Below are positions 49,598 through 57,900 of a DNA stretch of 64,000 nt, in pieces. This stretch comes from Escherichia phage Ptacy1479, in sequence record PQ863256.1. One strand, 5' to 3'. The notes under the pieces were generated by a model. It saw nothing but the letters and a program-made list of their open reading frames with translations, was not told the origin of the DNA and did not search any database. Every line of letters starts with the position of its first letter. Positions within the stretch are counted from its first letter, which is position 1. Position numbers and translations under genes: made by a program.

Positions 49598-49810
49598 TTA
49601 TCCTATTAATTAATATTGCATGTAAGATCTAACAATCGGTTGCCTTTGTAGGAATAAGCGTTATGCTAATCCAGCACTAAACTCCCGCCCCCCTTAGTGG
49701 GCTGGGTTATTAAAGGGTAACGCCCTTATGGGCTAGTTACGTGAATGTTAGTTTGATAGGAGATCTGAAGTCCTATCTCAAAGGACTCTCGTAAGAATCC
49801 TTCACGATAG

Positions 49811-49996
49811 TCACGCTTTGAGCGTGGTACAGATTAATGTTGCATGTCTTTGGTTATACAGTTCGAAGTAACGAGGCTTGCTCCAGTCTCTGTCTCTGGT
49901 AAATGATTGAAGGATGAAGTGTCTGTCACACCCAAGCCACTCAGAAACATCCATCGCTAGACGTATAGGAGAACCTCTGAACTCTTTCCTTTCCAT
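49811..49996 (-). CDS. hypothetical protein
   Basis: 61 aa ORF. Confidence 0.25.
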   Translation of the reverse strand: MERKEFRGSPIRLAMDVSEWLGCDRHFILQSFTRDRDWSKPRYFELYNQRHATLICTTLKA

Positions 49997-50005
49997 CCTA
50001 ACCTC

Positions 50006-50239
50006 TTACTTTTTGACGGGAAGAATCATATCCCACAGCCATGCCCACAAAATAATGGATATAAGAATCACAGCAACGATGGGCCATAGAAAAACTATAA
50101 TCGCTATCTTTGATAAGTTTGGTTCGTTACCCCACCCTCTGAACTCGACACTACCTTTTACATCGAGGAGTTTTATCAGAGCTGAAACTGTCACCATACC
50201 TATCAAGTAGACAATCAAGATACTAACAAGACTGGTCAC
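50006..50239 (-). CDS. small integral membrane protein (two predicted TM helices)
   Basis: Hydrophobic segments LVSILIVYLIGMVTVSALI and IAIIVFLWPIVAVILISIILWAWLW. Confidence 0.4.
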   Translation of the reverse strand: MTSLVSILIVYLIGMVTVSALIKLLDVKGSVEFRGWGNEPNLSKIAIIVFLWPIVAVILISIILWAWLWDMILPVKK

Positions 50240-50396
50240 AAGGTTGATCTCCGCATGTTTTACAAATTACTGGTGAATAACTACAGGCAGGGTAGACAGA
50301 AACCCCATCCCACGTCTCACACCCACAATCAGGACATGTGCCGTTTGATTCCATGTCATCATCGTCATCTACTTCACCGCCACCAAAACAACTCAT
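50223..50396 (-). CDS. small Cys-rich acidic protein
   Basis: 57 aa ORF MSCFGGGEVDDDDDMESNGTCPDCGCE...CKTCGDQPC with GGGAG RBS; below ORF-track cut-off. Confidence 0.3.
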   Translation of the reverse strand: MSCFGGGEVDDDDDMESNGTCPDCGCETWDGVSVYPACSYSPVICKTCGDQPCDQSC

Positions 50397-50405
50397 ATGA
50401 ACTCC

Positions 50406-50678
50406 CTAGTAATTTACGCCGGTGAGAGTAGCATGTTTCATGGGAACTACTTTAGCGTGTGGAAGAAACCCATCCGTTTCACCATTGGTCAGGTTTACAG
50501 CTTTCTGATACCCACCGCGAAAGGTTGTTGTTTTTATCCAAAAACACCCATTCCATTTAAACACATCACCTCCTGAGAGAGTGGACATTTCTACCGGAGG
50601 TATTCCCTCAGTTGCATTAATTATCATAGCATGTATCCCAATACATATAGTTAACATACGTTCTCGGTTTGAGTCCAT
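50406..50678 (-). CDS. ~80 aa multicopy family protein (singleton copy)
   Basis: LSGGDVFKW and AVNLTNGETDG motifs. Confidence 0.35.
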   Translation of the reverse strand: MDSNRERMLTICIGIHAMIINATEGIPPVEMSTLSGGDVFKWNGCFWIKTTTFRGGYQKAVNLTNGETDGFLPHAKVVPMKHATLTGVNY

Positions 50679-50865
50679 ATATAATGAAGTGAGTCTTCTT
50701 AATTCTTTCCTTCAGTGTGTAATAAAGGCCATCACTGAAGTTACCAATCTTCACTTGGAAACGTAAGGAGCGAGCATCCATTCGAAGCATAGAGTTTAAC
50801 TGGAACTTACTACTCCCAGCCATCTCTTCAAGAAGCTTCTTCGTATTCCAATAATGAGCTGTCAT
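50617..50865 (-). CDS. hypothetical protein
   Basis: Start at ATG 50865 with TAAGGAG RBS. Confidence 0.35.
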   Translation of the reverse strand: MTAHYWNTKKLLEEMAGSSKFQLNSMLRMDARSLRFQVKIGNFSDGLYYTLKERIKKTHFIIYGLKPRTYVNYMYWDTCYDN

Positions 50866-50866
50866 A

Positions 50867-51148
50867 CTACCACTCCTTACCGGTCGTAGTCGTAGAACCA
50901 CCACACCACTGCGCATCTGACAAGGTTTTAGTTTCCTCATCTACTGCTGCACCGTTCAGGCATGAGATACCATTGTAACGCATATCAATTTCACCAGAAG
51001 GAACCTTCTCGCCTTTGTGCCAACGAGAAACACAAACACCTTCCACTGCTACTGCACACCATCCATCAGGACGGCTCTGTACGCAGCCTGTAAGGGCCAC
51101 ACAGACAAGGAAGATACAGATTAAGGATATTACACCACCCCAACTCAT
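50867..51148 (-). CDS. lipoprotein (candidate superinfection-exclusion or envelope protein)
   Basis: Signal peptide with lipobox LTGC (ISLICIFLVCVALTGC). Confidence 0.45.
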   Translation of the reverse strand: MSWGGVISLICIFLVCVALTGCVQSRPDGWCAVAVEGVCVSRWHKGEKVPSGEIDMRYNGISCLNGAAVDEETKTLSDAQWCGGSTTTTGKEW

Positions 51149-51160
51149 AACTACCTCCGA

Positions 51161-51409
51161 TTACATATTGAGAGCCAATTCTGCGTTCTTATAAACTACA
51201 CAGCGGCTGTTGTCAGAGAAGGTATCTAAGGATACAGCGTAACCTTCTTTCATATCCAGAACCCCCTCGAAAGGTTTACCTCTAAGATTACCGGTAATCT
51301 TCATATACAAACCCACCTCTCTTCCATTGAGTTCAAGGATAGAGAAAGGTACATTGAATGGGGTTTCTTTAAATGGAACAGTTGGTTTTGAACCTTCTTT
51401 GAATTTCAT
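51161..51409 (-). CDS. small protein, possible divergent member of the ~80 aa family
   Basis: Start at internal Met 51409 (GAGG RBS); ILELNGREVGLYMKITGNLRG segment. Confidence 0.3.
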   Translation of the reverse strand: MKFKEGSKPTVPFKETPFNVPFSILELNGREVGLYMKITGNLRGKPFEGVLDMKEGYAVSLDTFSDNSRCVVYKNAELALNM

Positions 51410-51426
51410 ATCAACCTCTTGGAATG

Positions 51427-51505
51427 TGGTGCGCCCTACAGGACTCGAACCTGTAACCAATAGCTTAGAAGTAAAGTTTCTATCCTTGTAATGAAGTTTT
51501 CATTG
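51427..51505 (-). other. tRNA-like 3' fragment or pseudo-tRNA (T-arm, acceptor 3' strand and CCA only)
   Basis: - strand ...ACAGG-TTCGAGT-CCTGT-AGGGCGC-A-CCA has a good T-arm and CCA; no complementary 5' acceptor strand or anticodon stem could be folded. Confidence 0.25.
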
Positions 51506-51580
51506 TGGCGTTCCCTCGTGGAATCGAACCACGAATAAGAGCTTAGAAGGCTCCAGTTATATCCGTTTAACTAAGGGAAC
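51506..51580 (-). tRNA. tRNA-Arg(UCU): tRNA-Arg (anticodon UCU)
   Basis: Manual fold: acceptor GTTCCCT/AGGGAAC, D-stem GTTA/TAAC, anticodon stem GGAGC/GCTCT with loop CTTCTAA, T-arm CGTGG-TTCGATT-CCACG, discriminator G, encoded CCA; 75 nt. Confidence 0.8.
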
Positions 51581-51586
51581 ATTACA

Positions 51587-51943
51587 ATGAAAACTTGCAC
51601 AACCTGTCACACCCAAAAGGAAGATTCAGATTTTTACAAGAAAGGAGATCGACTTCATTCTATGTGTAAACAATGCTTCAATGCCTACTGTATTGAACGT
51701 TGGAGACAAAGAAAGACTCAAGCGGTTAAAGATTTCGGAGGTAAATGTCATGACTGCAATCAAGAGTACCCAGATGCAGTCTTTGATTTCCACCACCTAG
51801 ACCCTTCTGAAAAAGATTTTGATTGGAATAAACTAAGACTCCGATCTATTGACTCTATCAGAGAGGAGTTAAGCAAGTGCGTAATGCTCTGTGCTAACTG
51901 TCACCGTATTCGTCACATCGATTGCTCTATACAATTGAGCTAA
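51587..51943 (+). CDS. HNH homing-type endonuclease
   Basis: Cys/His-rich MKTCTTCH...CKQCF...HHLDP...CANCHRIRH; lone + strand gene next to tRNA. Confidence 0.6.
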   Translation: MKTCTTCHTQKEDSDFYKKGDRLHSMCKQCFNAYCIERWRQRKTQAVKDFGGKCHDCNQEYPDAVFDFHHLDPSEKDFDWNKLRLRSIDSIREELSKCVMLCANCHRIRHIDCSIQLS

Positions 51944-51957
51944 CGGCGCAGGGTTAT

Positions 51958-52158
51958 TTAGATCATATCTCGCTTGGTGATATGACCACATGTTTTACAT
52001 CGAAGTATATAACGAGTTCCTGTACTTTCCAGTTTACCAAACTCATTGTATGTATTTAAACTAACCGCTTTGATTGTCTCCCACTCATGGAGGTGGAATA
52101 GGTATTTAAACCACTTGATCATGTCATGAACCTTTGATAGAAAAGGATATAGCTTCAT
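51958..52158 (-). CDS. hypothetical protein (CxxC-containing)
   Basis: 66 aa ORF with RCKTCGH. Confidence 0.25.
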   Translation of the reverse strand: MKLYPFLSKVHDMIKWFKYLFHLHEWETIKAVSLNTYNEFGKLESTGTRYILRCKTCGHITKRDMI

Positions 52159-52307
52159 TTAGGGAACGAAACCGTCCAACATACTGACCTGCGGCAGAGG
52201 TTACAACAAACCACTGACCTATAAGAGTGATTCCTGCAATCCGTCGGTTATCTTTATCAGCCACTCTCCAGTAGTCTTTGTGGATTTGCTTTACATTCAT
52301 ACCAACC

Positions 52308-52559
52308 TCAAGCACAAGCAGGGAGAGTAATGATTTTATACTGACCTTCAAACTCTCCAAATAAGCCCAAGAATGTAGGACTGTAAGTACCAGTGCAAAC
52401 AAACTCATCAAACAATGCGTTATAGCTAGGCTTAATCTTCCAAGCCCATACATAACCCATCTTGTCAATTGCAATGTAACGAGTGTTCAGAGGAACAGTC
52501 ATCATCACATCGTCAACCTCGATCACTTTAGTTATTGGTGCAGCTTGAAAGTTTTTCAT
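52308..52559 (-). CDS. hypothetical protein
   Basis: 83 aa ORF. Confidence 0.3.
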   Translation of the reverse strand: MKNFQAAPITKVIEVDDVMMTVPLNTRYIAIDKMGYVWAWKIKPSYNALFDEFVCTGTYSPTFLGLFGEFEGQYKIITLPACA

Positions 52560-52732
52560 ACTTTACCTTTGATAAAAATGTCATTACCACAGACACAGCA
52601 TGAACGAACAACAGTAGCGCCACGCTGAACGATACGAACCTCTTCCTTAACCAGATTAACACGAGCACCACAGCAAGGAGAGTTAACATAAGAGTAACCA
52701 GCTTGTGTATTCTTGATTGTTTGCTTAGACAT
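52556..52732 (-). CDS. small zinc-ribbon protein
   Basis: 58 aa ORF MSKQTIKNTQ...SPCCGARV...SCCVCGND; below ORF-track cut-off. Confidence 0.3.
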   Translation of the reverse strand: MSKQTIKNTQAGYSYVNSPCCGARVNLVKEEVRIVQRGATVVRSCCVCGNDIFIKGKV

Positions 52733-52733
52733 T

Positions 52734-53081
52734 TTATTCGAGATCTCTTAGTTGTTCAGCCAATTGTTCGCACTCGTTGATGCAGAACTCTTCTGTTCTT
52801 GGAACCCCATTAGGGTTGAACCGTGTCTTATCACACGCATGGGCACAATCAAATCCGACCGTATTTAAACCACCCATTTCTTCGAGAGAATCCTGCCACG
52901 TAACACCGCCATGGACGTCGACATAACAAACCTCTTCCTCGTCCCCATTATATCCGGTGAAGTTTTTACTGCTCAGAGTGTCTGGCAACTCCACATACCC
53001 ACAAAAGTGGGAGTCATTCATGTGCATAATAACAGCACGAAGACCTGATTTAGTTACCCAATCTTTAACCATGCGTCTCAT
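52734..53081 (-). CDS. hypothetical protein
   Basis: 115 aa ORF; VDVHGGVTW and GFDCAHA segments, family not recognised. Confidence 0.35.
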   Translation of the reverse strand: MRRMVKDWVTKSGLRAVIMHMNDSHFCGYVELPDTLSSKNFTGYNGDEEEVCYVDVHGGVTWQDSLEEMGGLNTVGFDCAHACDKTRFNPNGVPRTEEFCINECEQLAEQLRDLE

Positions 53082-53120
53082 ATAAGCACCTCTTGTTAGT
53101 TTAAGTAAGAGCTGACCCTT

Positions 53121-53153
53121 AATTAAAACAACAAAGGCCGCCCGAAGGCAGCC
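53121..53153 (-). terminator. rho-independent terminator
   Basis: - strand stem GGCTGCC-TTCG-GGCGGCC followed by TTTGTTGTTTTAATT, right after stop of 53159..53410. Confidence 0.5.
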
Positions 53154-53158
53154 TCTCT

Positions 53159-53410
53159 TTATTGACTAACACCACAAATCAGATGATTCTGTAGCATTTC
53201 GTCTTCTGCATTATACAGGAATGCAAACATCAACTCCTTAGCCACATCTCTTGAGCAATTAAGACACTTAGAGATTTGCGTTAGTTGCATGTTGCGTTCT
53301 GTGTGTTCCATCAAGGCAATGCGAATGATTTCTCGCATACCTATCACATGGGTTGTCTTAACCGGCATAGGTCCAACTGCCTTGCTTGTTACAGATGGCT
53401 GACATTGCAT
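53159..53410 (-). CDS. hypothetical protein
   Basis: 83 aa ORF followed by terminator. Confidence 0.3.
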   Translation of the reverse strand: MQCQPSVTSKAVGPMPVKTTHVIGMREIIRIALMEHTERNMQLTQISKCLNCSRDVAKELMFAFLYNAEDEMLQNHLICGVSQ

Positions 53411-53856
53411 GAATCCAGAAGCCTTCCAGTTTCAGAGCACCATTAGCTACTGCATCCATACGTTCAGGGCGGTTCATACGTTTGGTTGATACTTTCATAC
53501 CTATCTCTCTTTGTTAGTGGAGGCATTATTGCCAGTTGATATAAGGGATAGCCCTAGTCAGTAGACTAATCCTGACCGCGTACTCATTGCCGACCTTCTC
53601 TGCCTAAGAGTTCAGGTTCTAGAGCTATCTCTTATTCCAACTGGTGAAGACTCCCTACCCCTAGGAAGTCTCCTAAATCCCAAACCAATACGTACCCCTA
53701 CATATCGGAAAGTCTATCGAAAATTAACAGGTTTTAGTCTAACACCGGATGTTCGAGCAAGCTCTCCCTAGCGGTGCGGCATATGCCTGATTGATATAGT
53801 TAATGAGGAACACCCTCACATAGCCCTCTGATAAACACAAGGGCTATAAGTCGATG

Positions 53857-54168
53857 TTACTTAACTGATTCAATCATTTTACGAACGTTAGCCACACCTT
53901 TCTGAATCAAAGGCAGGAACTCATCACCCAAACTAGAAGATAGAAGACTCAAACTCCCCGTCTTAATGCCACGACATGCTGACTCTACTTCTTCCGGCAA
54001 CAATGTCATATTAAACCACGGAGATTTAATCTCTACTGTAAATCCGGGGTTATATCGGCTCTCGCTATGATTAAACTCCAGATAGGTAACACCGGAGCAG
54101 TGTTTCATTTGAGCACGAATTGTTACAGCGGGCTTACATATCACAAAAGAAGAAACAGACATAATCAC
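53857..54168 (-). CDS. hypothetical protein
   Basis: 103 aa ORF. Confidence 0.3.
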   Translation of the reverse strand: MIMSVSSFVICKPAVTIRAQMKHCSGVTYLEFNHSESRYNPGFTVEIKSPWFNMTLLPEEVESACRGIKTGSLSLLSSSLGDEFLPLIQKGVANVRKMIESVK

Positions 54169-54173
54169 TTACC

Positions 54174-54392
54174 TTACTTTTGAGTCACATGTAGATCAGG
54201 GCGAGGTGTAACAGTAGTGCCGCCCTTAAAAAGACCAACATGACCAGTACGAAGATTGGCTGCTTTATGTGAACCATTATTTGCTACCTCTTCAAGCAGC
54301 AACCAGAACCGGCTATCATAAAAGAAAACCGACCCACTTTCTAGATCACATATTTTTGAAAACTTAAGAGGTTTACCTTCATTGATTTCCAT
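54174..54392 (-). CDS. ~80 aa multicopy family protein (array 2)
   Basis: LESGSVFFY and AANLRTGHV motifs. Confidence 0.4.
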   Translation of the reverse strand: MEINEGKPLKFSKICDLESGSVFFYDSRFWLLLEEVANNGSHKAANLRTGHVGLFKGGTTVTPRPDLHVTQK

Positions 54393-54647
54393 TTACTTAC
54401 CCTTGTTGGTAATCACTGCATCAGGAATAAGGACTACAGGAATATCTGAAGCGAGCTTCATAACCTGATTGATGTTTAAATTAAGCACCACACAACCGGC
54501 ACTAGGCTTAACTTCGGCTACGTGTGGAGTGAAGAGTTGCACAATCATGTAATAACTTATACCGGTGTTTTTAACTTGGAACACATCCCCAAGCTTCAGA
54601 TCACTCAACTTAAGTTCTGGATTCTTCCACTCAAGATCAATCTTCAT
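54393..54647 (-). CDS. ~80 aa multicopy family protein (array 2)
   Basis: LKLGDVFQV motif. Confidence 0.4.
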   Translation of the reverse strand: MKIDLEWKNPELKLSDLKLGDVFQVKNTGISYYMIVQLFTPHVAEVKPSAGCVVLNLNINQVMKLASDIPVVLIPDAVITNKGK

Positions 54648-54883
54648 TCTTCCGCCTTGTTCGTGAGTCGAGCGTTGTGAACTTTCTTAACAACTTCATG
54701 AGTGAAACCATCAGAAATCACACCAGTTGAAAGGTTAATATATTTTCTCTGATCTCCTGATTTGTTATAAACACTTGAGGACATATAATAATCGCTCGTG
54801 TTCAGAGGGAATTGAAAAACCTCCCCCGACTCTAAATCACCAAGACAAATAATTTTAGGGGTGTAGTTCATGTCAATCTTCAT
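54644..54883 (-). CDS. ~80 aa multicopy family protein (array 2)
   Basis: LESGEVFQF and INLSTGVISDG motifs. Confidence 0.4.
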   Translation of the reverse strand: MKIDMNYTPKIICLGDLESGEVFQFPLNTSDYYMSSSVYNKSGDQRKYINLSTGVISDGFTHEVVKKVHNARLTNKAEE

Positions 54884-55109
54884 CTTTAGCCTCGATGTTG
54901 GTTATATGAAGATCACTACGTACCTGGCAGACTTCATCCCGTTTAAAAGGCATGAGCTTTCCAGTTACCACATCAACACAGTTCACATAGTTATCTGCGT
55001 ATAATGTGTCGGTTCTGATATAAAGAGAGTCTTTACGCTCAAATAGAACGCCCGGCTTCATGTTATTTAAGCGAAGCATTGTACGATCGGATTTAATATT
55101 AACTTTCAC
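54873..55109 (-). CDS. ~80 aa multicopy family protein (array 2)
   Basis: MKPGVLFER and VDVVTGKL motifs. Confidence 0.4.
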   Translation of the reverse strand: MKVNIKSDRTMLRLNNMKPGVLFERKDSLYIRTDTLYADNYVNCVDVVTGKLMPFKRDEVCQVRSDLHITNIEAKDED

Positions 55110-55111
55110 TG

Positions 55112-55369
55112 TTAATCCACCTTATTAGTAAGACGAACATTATCTACTATCTGAACAACAGTATCTTTTCTTAACATTGTTACTTTATCTGAAGTAAGAT
55201 CTACTACTACCCTTTCATCAGACTTCCAACTAGCCGAATAAACGGTTGAGGAATCTAGCTTTACTGTAAGATATAATTTATTTTTAGGTGGCACAGTTTC
55301 AAAAACACTTCCAACCTTCAGATCTTTCAGCTGCTTAACTACAGGGGCTGTATTAATGTCATGCTTCAT
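55112..55369 (-). CDS. ~80 aa multicopy family protein (array 2)
   Basis: Start at ATG 55369 with AGGAG RBS; LKVGSVFET motif. Confidence 0.4.
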   Translation of the reverse strand: MKHDINTAPVVKQLKDLKVGSVFETVPPKNKLYLTVKLDSSTVYSASWKSDERVVVDLTSDKVTMLRKDTVVQIVDNVRLTNKVD

Positions 55370-55655
55370 TGTTAATCTCCTGCTGCTTAGCAATAGCTAC
55401 TCGCAAGTCTTCATTAGCACGAGCAAGGCGTAATACTTCATGATTAAGGCTCTGAAGACGCTTATTTCTGTCTTCAACTTGCATAATAAGATCGTTAAGT
55501 GTTACTTTAACTTTCTCATTGTACATCTCGTCCACTCGGACTAGGGATTTATACATTCTCTCCCAGCTTGCTGCTTTGTTTCTGAGAACAATAAACCCTA
55601 TAACGCTGATAGTTAAACAGAGTACAAAAAGGAATTTATATACCTCTAAAGTCAT
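55359..55655 (-). CDS. membrane-anchored coiled-coil protein
   Basis: N-terminal TM FLFVLCLTISVIGFIVL followed by heptad-rich segment. Confidence 0.4.
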   Translation of the reverse strand: MTLEVYKFLFVLCLTISVIGFIVLRNKAASWERMYKSLVRVDEMYNEKVKVTLNDLIMQVEDRNKRLQSLNHEVLRLARANEDLRVAIAKQQEINNEA

Positions 55656-55854
55656 ATTATTTACCCTTTATCAGAGATTAAAAGTAATATTATTTAAGTA
55701 AGTTATATTTAGTAAACTTATTTTCTAAGAAATTTTCAAAGGGTCTATATACAGAGCATTACCCATAGTCCCAGAATACTACCATCTTTTTCAATAAATT
55801 TACTAAGTGGTTGGTTTATAAAGGAATTTAGTTTGTCAAATCTGGCACTAGTGA

Positions 55855-56244
55855 TTATTCCCTAGAGCTATTATCGAACACTAAATCACCACAATACATA
55901 GGATTGGCATACCATTTTGGCACCCCTTCGCTCTTACTCTGAAAGTAAGTCCCACTATACAGCGGAACATAATTCTTCTTAAGGGCACGTTTAGCCAGCC
56001 GCTCGCTTTCTCCAATGGCCTGCTTAGTCATCGGATTTTTATCACGAATCAGCTTTACATAACGTTTATAAGGTTTCTCCTGTTTTAATAGTACCGGAAT
56101 CCACTCAAACTGGTTCTTTTGTCTTATCACCTGTTCAGCGGTCAGTTTTCGTTGGGCCATTCTATTTATCACGGTATCCGCAACCATAGCTTTACATGCG
56201 GTTGGCTGATTCCCTGCCTCATAATAAATAGTCAATGTCAACAT
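55855..56244 (-). CDS. SleB/CwlJ-family cell-wall hydrolase-like protein
   Basis: TIYYEAGNQPTACKAMVADTVINRM resembles the conserved N-terminal IYGEARGE...VILNR block of the cell-wall hydrolase family. Confidence 0.45.
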   Translation of the reverse strand: MLTLTIYYEAGNQPTACKAMVADTVINRMAQRKLTAEQVIRQKNQFEWIPVLLKQEKPYKRYVKLIRDKNPMTKQAIGESERLAKRALKKNYVPLYSGTYFQSKSEGVPKWYANPMYCGDLVFDNSSRE

Positions 56245-56630
56245 TAGCTGGGCCGTTGTTATCAGAACTTGCTACCTCCTGTTTTACGGGCATAAAAAAG
56301 CCCCAGCCGTAGCCGGGGCAAACCTGAAAGCAACACATGACCGTTGCTATAAATACACTCGCAAATGCACTTACAGCAACGCAAAAAGCCGCTCAAAGGC
56401 GGCTATGCGGAAGCTTCAAATGGGGAGAGGGCACGGCGCGACAGAAAGAGCGTCATAGTACTAAAAAGAGAGACTATTGGAGAGGTTACTTATTGCCTTC
56501 CTTAATGCCTTGTTTTCTTGTTTAACCAATTCGTTTTCTTCTTGCAAGGATGCTACCAGATGGACCAGAACATCAACTACTGCATCACCTTGCCGCATCT
56601 CTCTGACTTTATTTAGAATCTCTGAATAAA

Positions 56631-57074
56631 TCATTTTACCCTCGCCTCTTTAATGGGGTCGATGTATTTCTCAACGCCCCACTTGTGTTTACTATCTGCG
56701 TAGAAAACATCAGGTGCACATTGGCTTGTTTTAGGGAAGGCTTGCGGGTCTTTCGTGCTCCCCTTAAACTTCTGTTTACCTCGAGTGCGACCATTACAGA
56801 AGATTTCTAACTTCTTCTCTTCTTCTGTTTTAGCGCCCCCGCTCTGTAATAGAGAACGTTTATGATCAGCTAACAACAACGCATCAGCCCGATGGACACG
56901 ATGGCCTACACGTTTTGCCACACTGGAAGGAACATGGGATTCAGCCTCAGCCTTTGCAGCACGACGTTTTAAACTACGCTTGCTAATATGATTGGTTGCC
57001 TTCGGTTTCTCTTTCTCCAGTTCAGAGATAGCAAAACAACGACCGCCCTTCATGCTGATTTTAGATTTAGCCAC
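56631..57074 (-). CDS. hypothetical basic protein
   Basis: 147 aa Lys/Arg-rich ORF. Confidence 0.35.
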   Translation of the reverse strand: MAKSKISMKGGRCFAISELEKEKPKATNHISKRSLKRRAAKAEAESHVPSSVAKRVGHRVHRADALLLADHKRSLLQSGGAKTEEEKKLEIFCNGRTRGKQKFKGSTKDPQAFPKTSQCAPDVFYADSKHKWGVEKYIDPIKEARVK

Positions 57075-57143
57075 AATCTTATTCCTTTCAGTGATAAGTT
57101 ATATCGGGCAAGCCCATCAAGGCGATAGGCTTGAACAAATAAC

Positions 57144-57353
57144 TTAATCAAGTAAACCAAATGATTTCCAACTACGTAACAGGATTGTACCATCGTCCAT
57201 AGCTACACTTAATTGCAATAACTTTTTATTGATACTACTCACCGTTGTAATTCGTCCGGTTGTACATTTACCTTTGTTGCTGTAAAGATATACAACACGA
57301 CGGCCTAACAGTCGGGAGGGAGCTTTCTTAAACTCTGAAATATTAGTGATCAT
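57144..57353 (-). CDS. hypothetical protein
   Basis: 69 aa ORF. Confidence 0.3.
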   Translation of the reverse strand: MITNISEFKKAPSRLLGRRVVYLYSNKGKCTTGRITTVSSINKKLLQLSVAMDDGTILLRSWKSFGLLD

Positions 57354-57574
57354 GATGCTTGATACCTTTGGATGTGTTCAATACGGGTGGATTGAGCAAA
57401 GGATGCTTTAACAGCCATTTTTCTAACTTCTTCTTTACGTTGGTTAGTGTGTACAGTATCCCAATGACTATTATCACGTTGGCGCTGTAATATCTTACTA
57501 CATTTTCGATGGTTGCCCGTGCTGCGATGTTTCTCACAAATAGGACACTTACCAAAATTGTTACTGAATATCAT
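57350..57574 (-). CDS. hypothetical Cys/His-containing protein
   Basis: CPICEKH...H..C near N-terminus. Confidence 0.3.
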   Translation of the reverse strand: MIFSNNFGKCPICEKHRSTGNHRKCSKILQRQRDNSHWDTVHTNQRKEEVRKMAVKASFAQSTRIEHIQRYQAS

Positions 57575-57798
57575 TTTCTTAATCCCAACTTTCTTAAGAT
57601 ACGGCCTAACGTTGTTTCTTGCGTGATAATATAGCTGATCGCTTCACGTTCCAACGTTTCAATCTTCATTGGCGACGGATACCATTCACCGGTAATAACA
57701 CATTTACATTCAACGCCATACTTTTTAGATAGGCGGTAATGTTGACCGTTGACAAGATTTCTATAGATCGTGGTATGTGTAATTAACATGATCGTCAC
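57571..57798 (-). CDS. hypothetical protein
   Basis: 75 aa ORF. Confidence 0.3.
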   Translation of the reverse strand: MTIMLITHTTIYRNLVNGQHYRLSKKYGVECKCVITGEWYPSPMKIETLEREAISYIITQETTLGRILRKLGLRK

Positions 57799-57900
57799 CT
57801 TTGATTAGATTCTTTGATTAATGCACTGAATCAATGCACTGATAAAAGAAAAGGCGCTACCCGTTAAGATAGCGCCTTATGTTTATTCAAATTGTCTTAC

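Noticed and set aside
50006-50239. Holin assignment for the two-TM membrane protein
   Set aside because: It lies in the early block far from the endolysin and has no adjacent lysis genes; topology alone is insufficient.
51427-51505. Calling this a second complete tRNA gene
   Set aside because: Only the T-arm, acceptor 3' strand and CCA are convincing; no 5' acceptor strand (GCGCCCT or wobble variants) or anticodon stem could be found, so it is reported only as a tRNA-like fragment.
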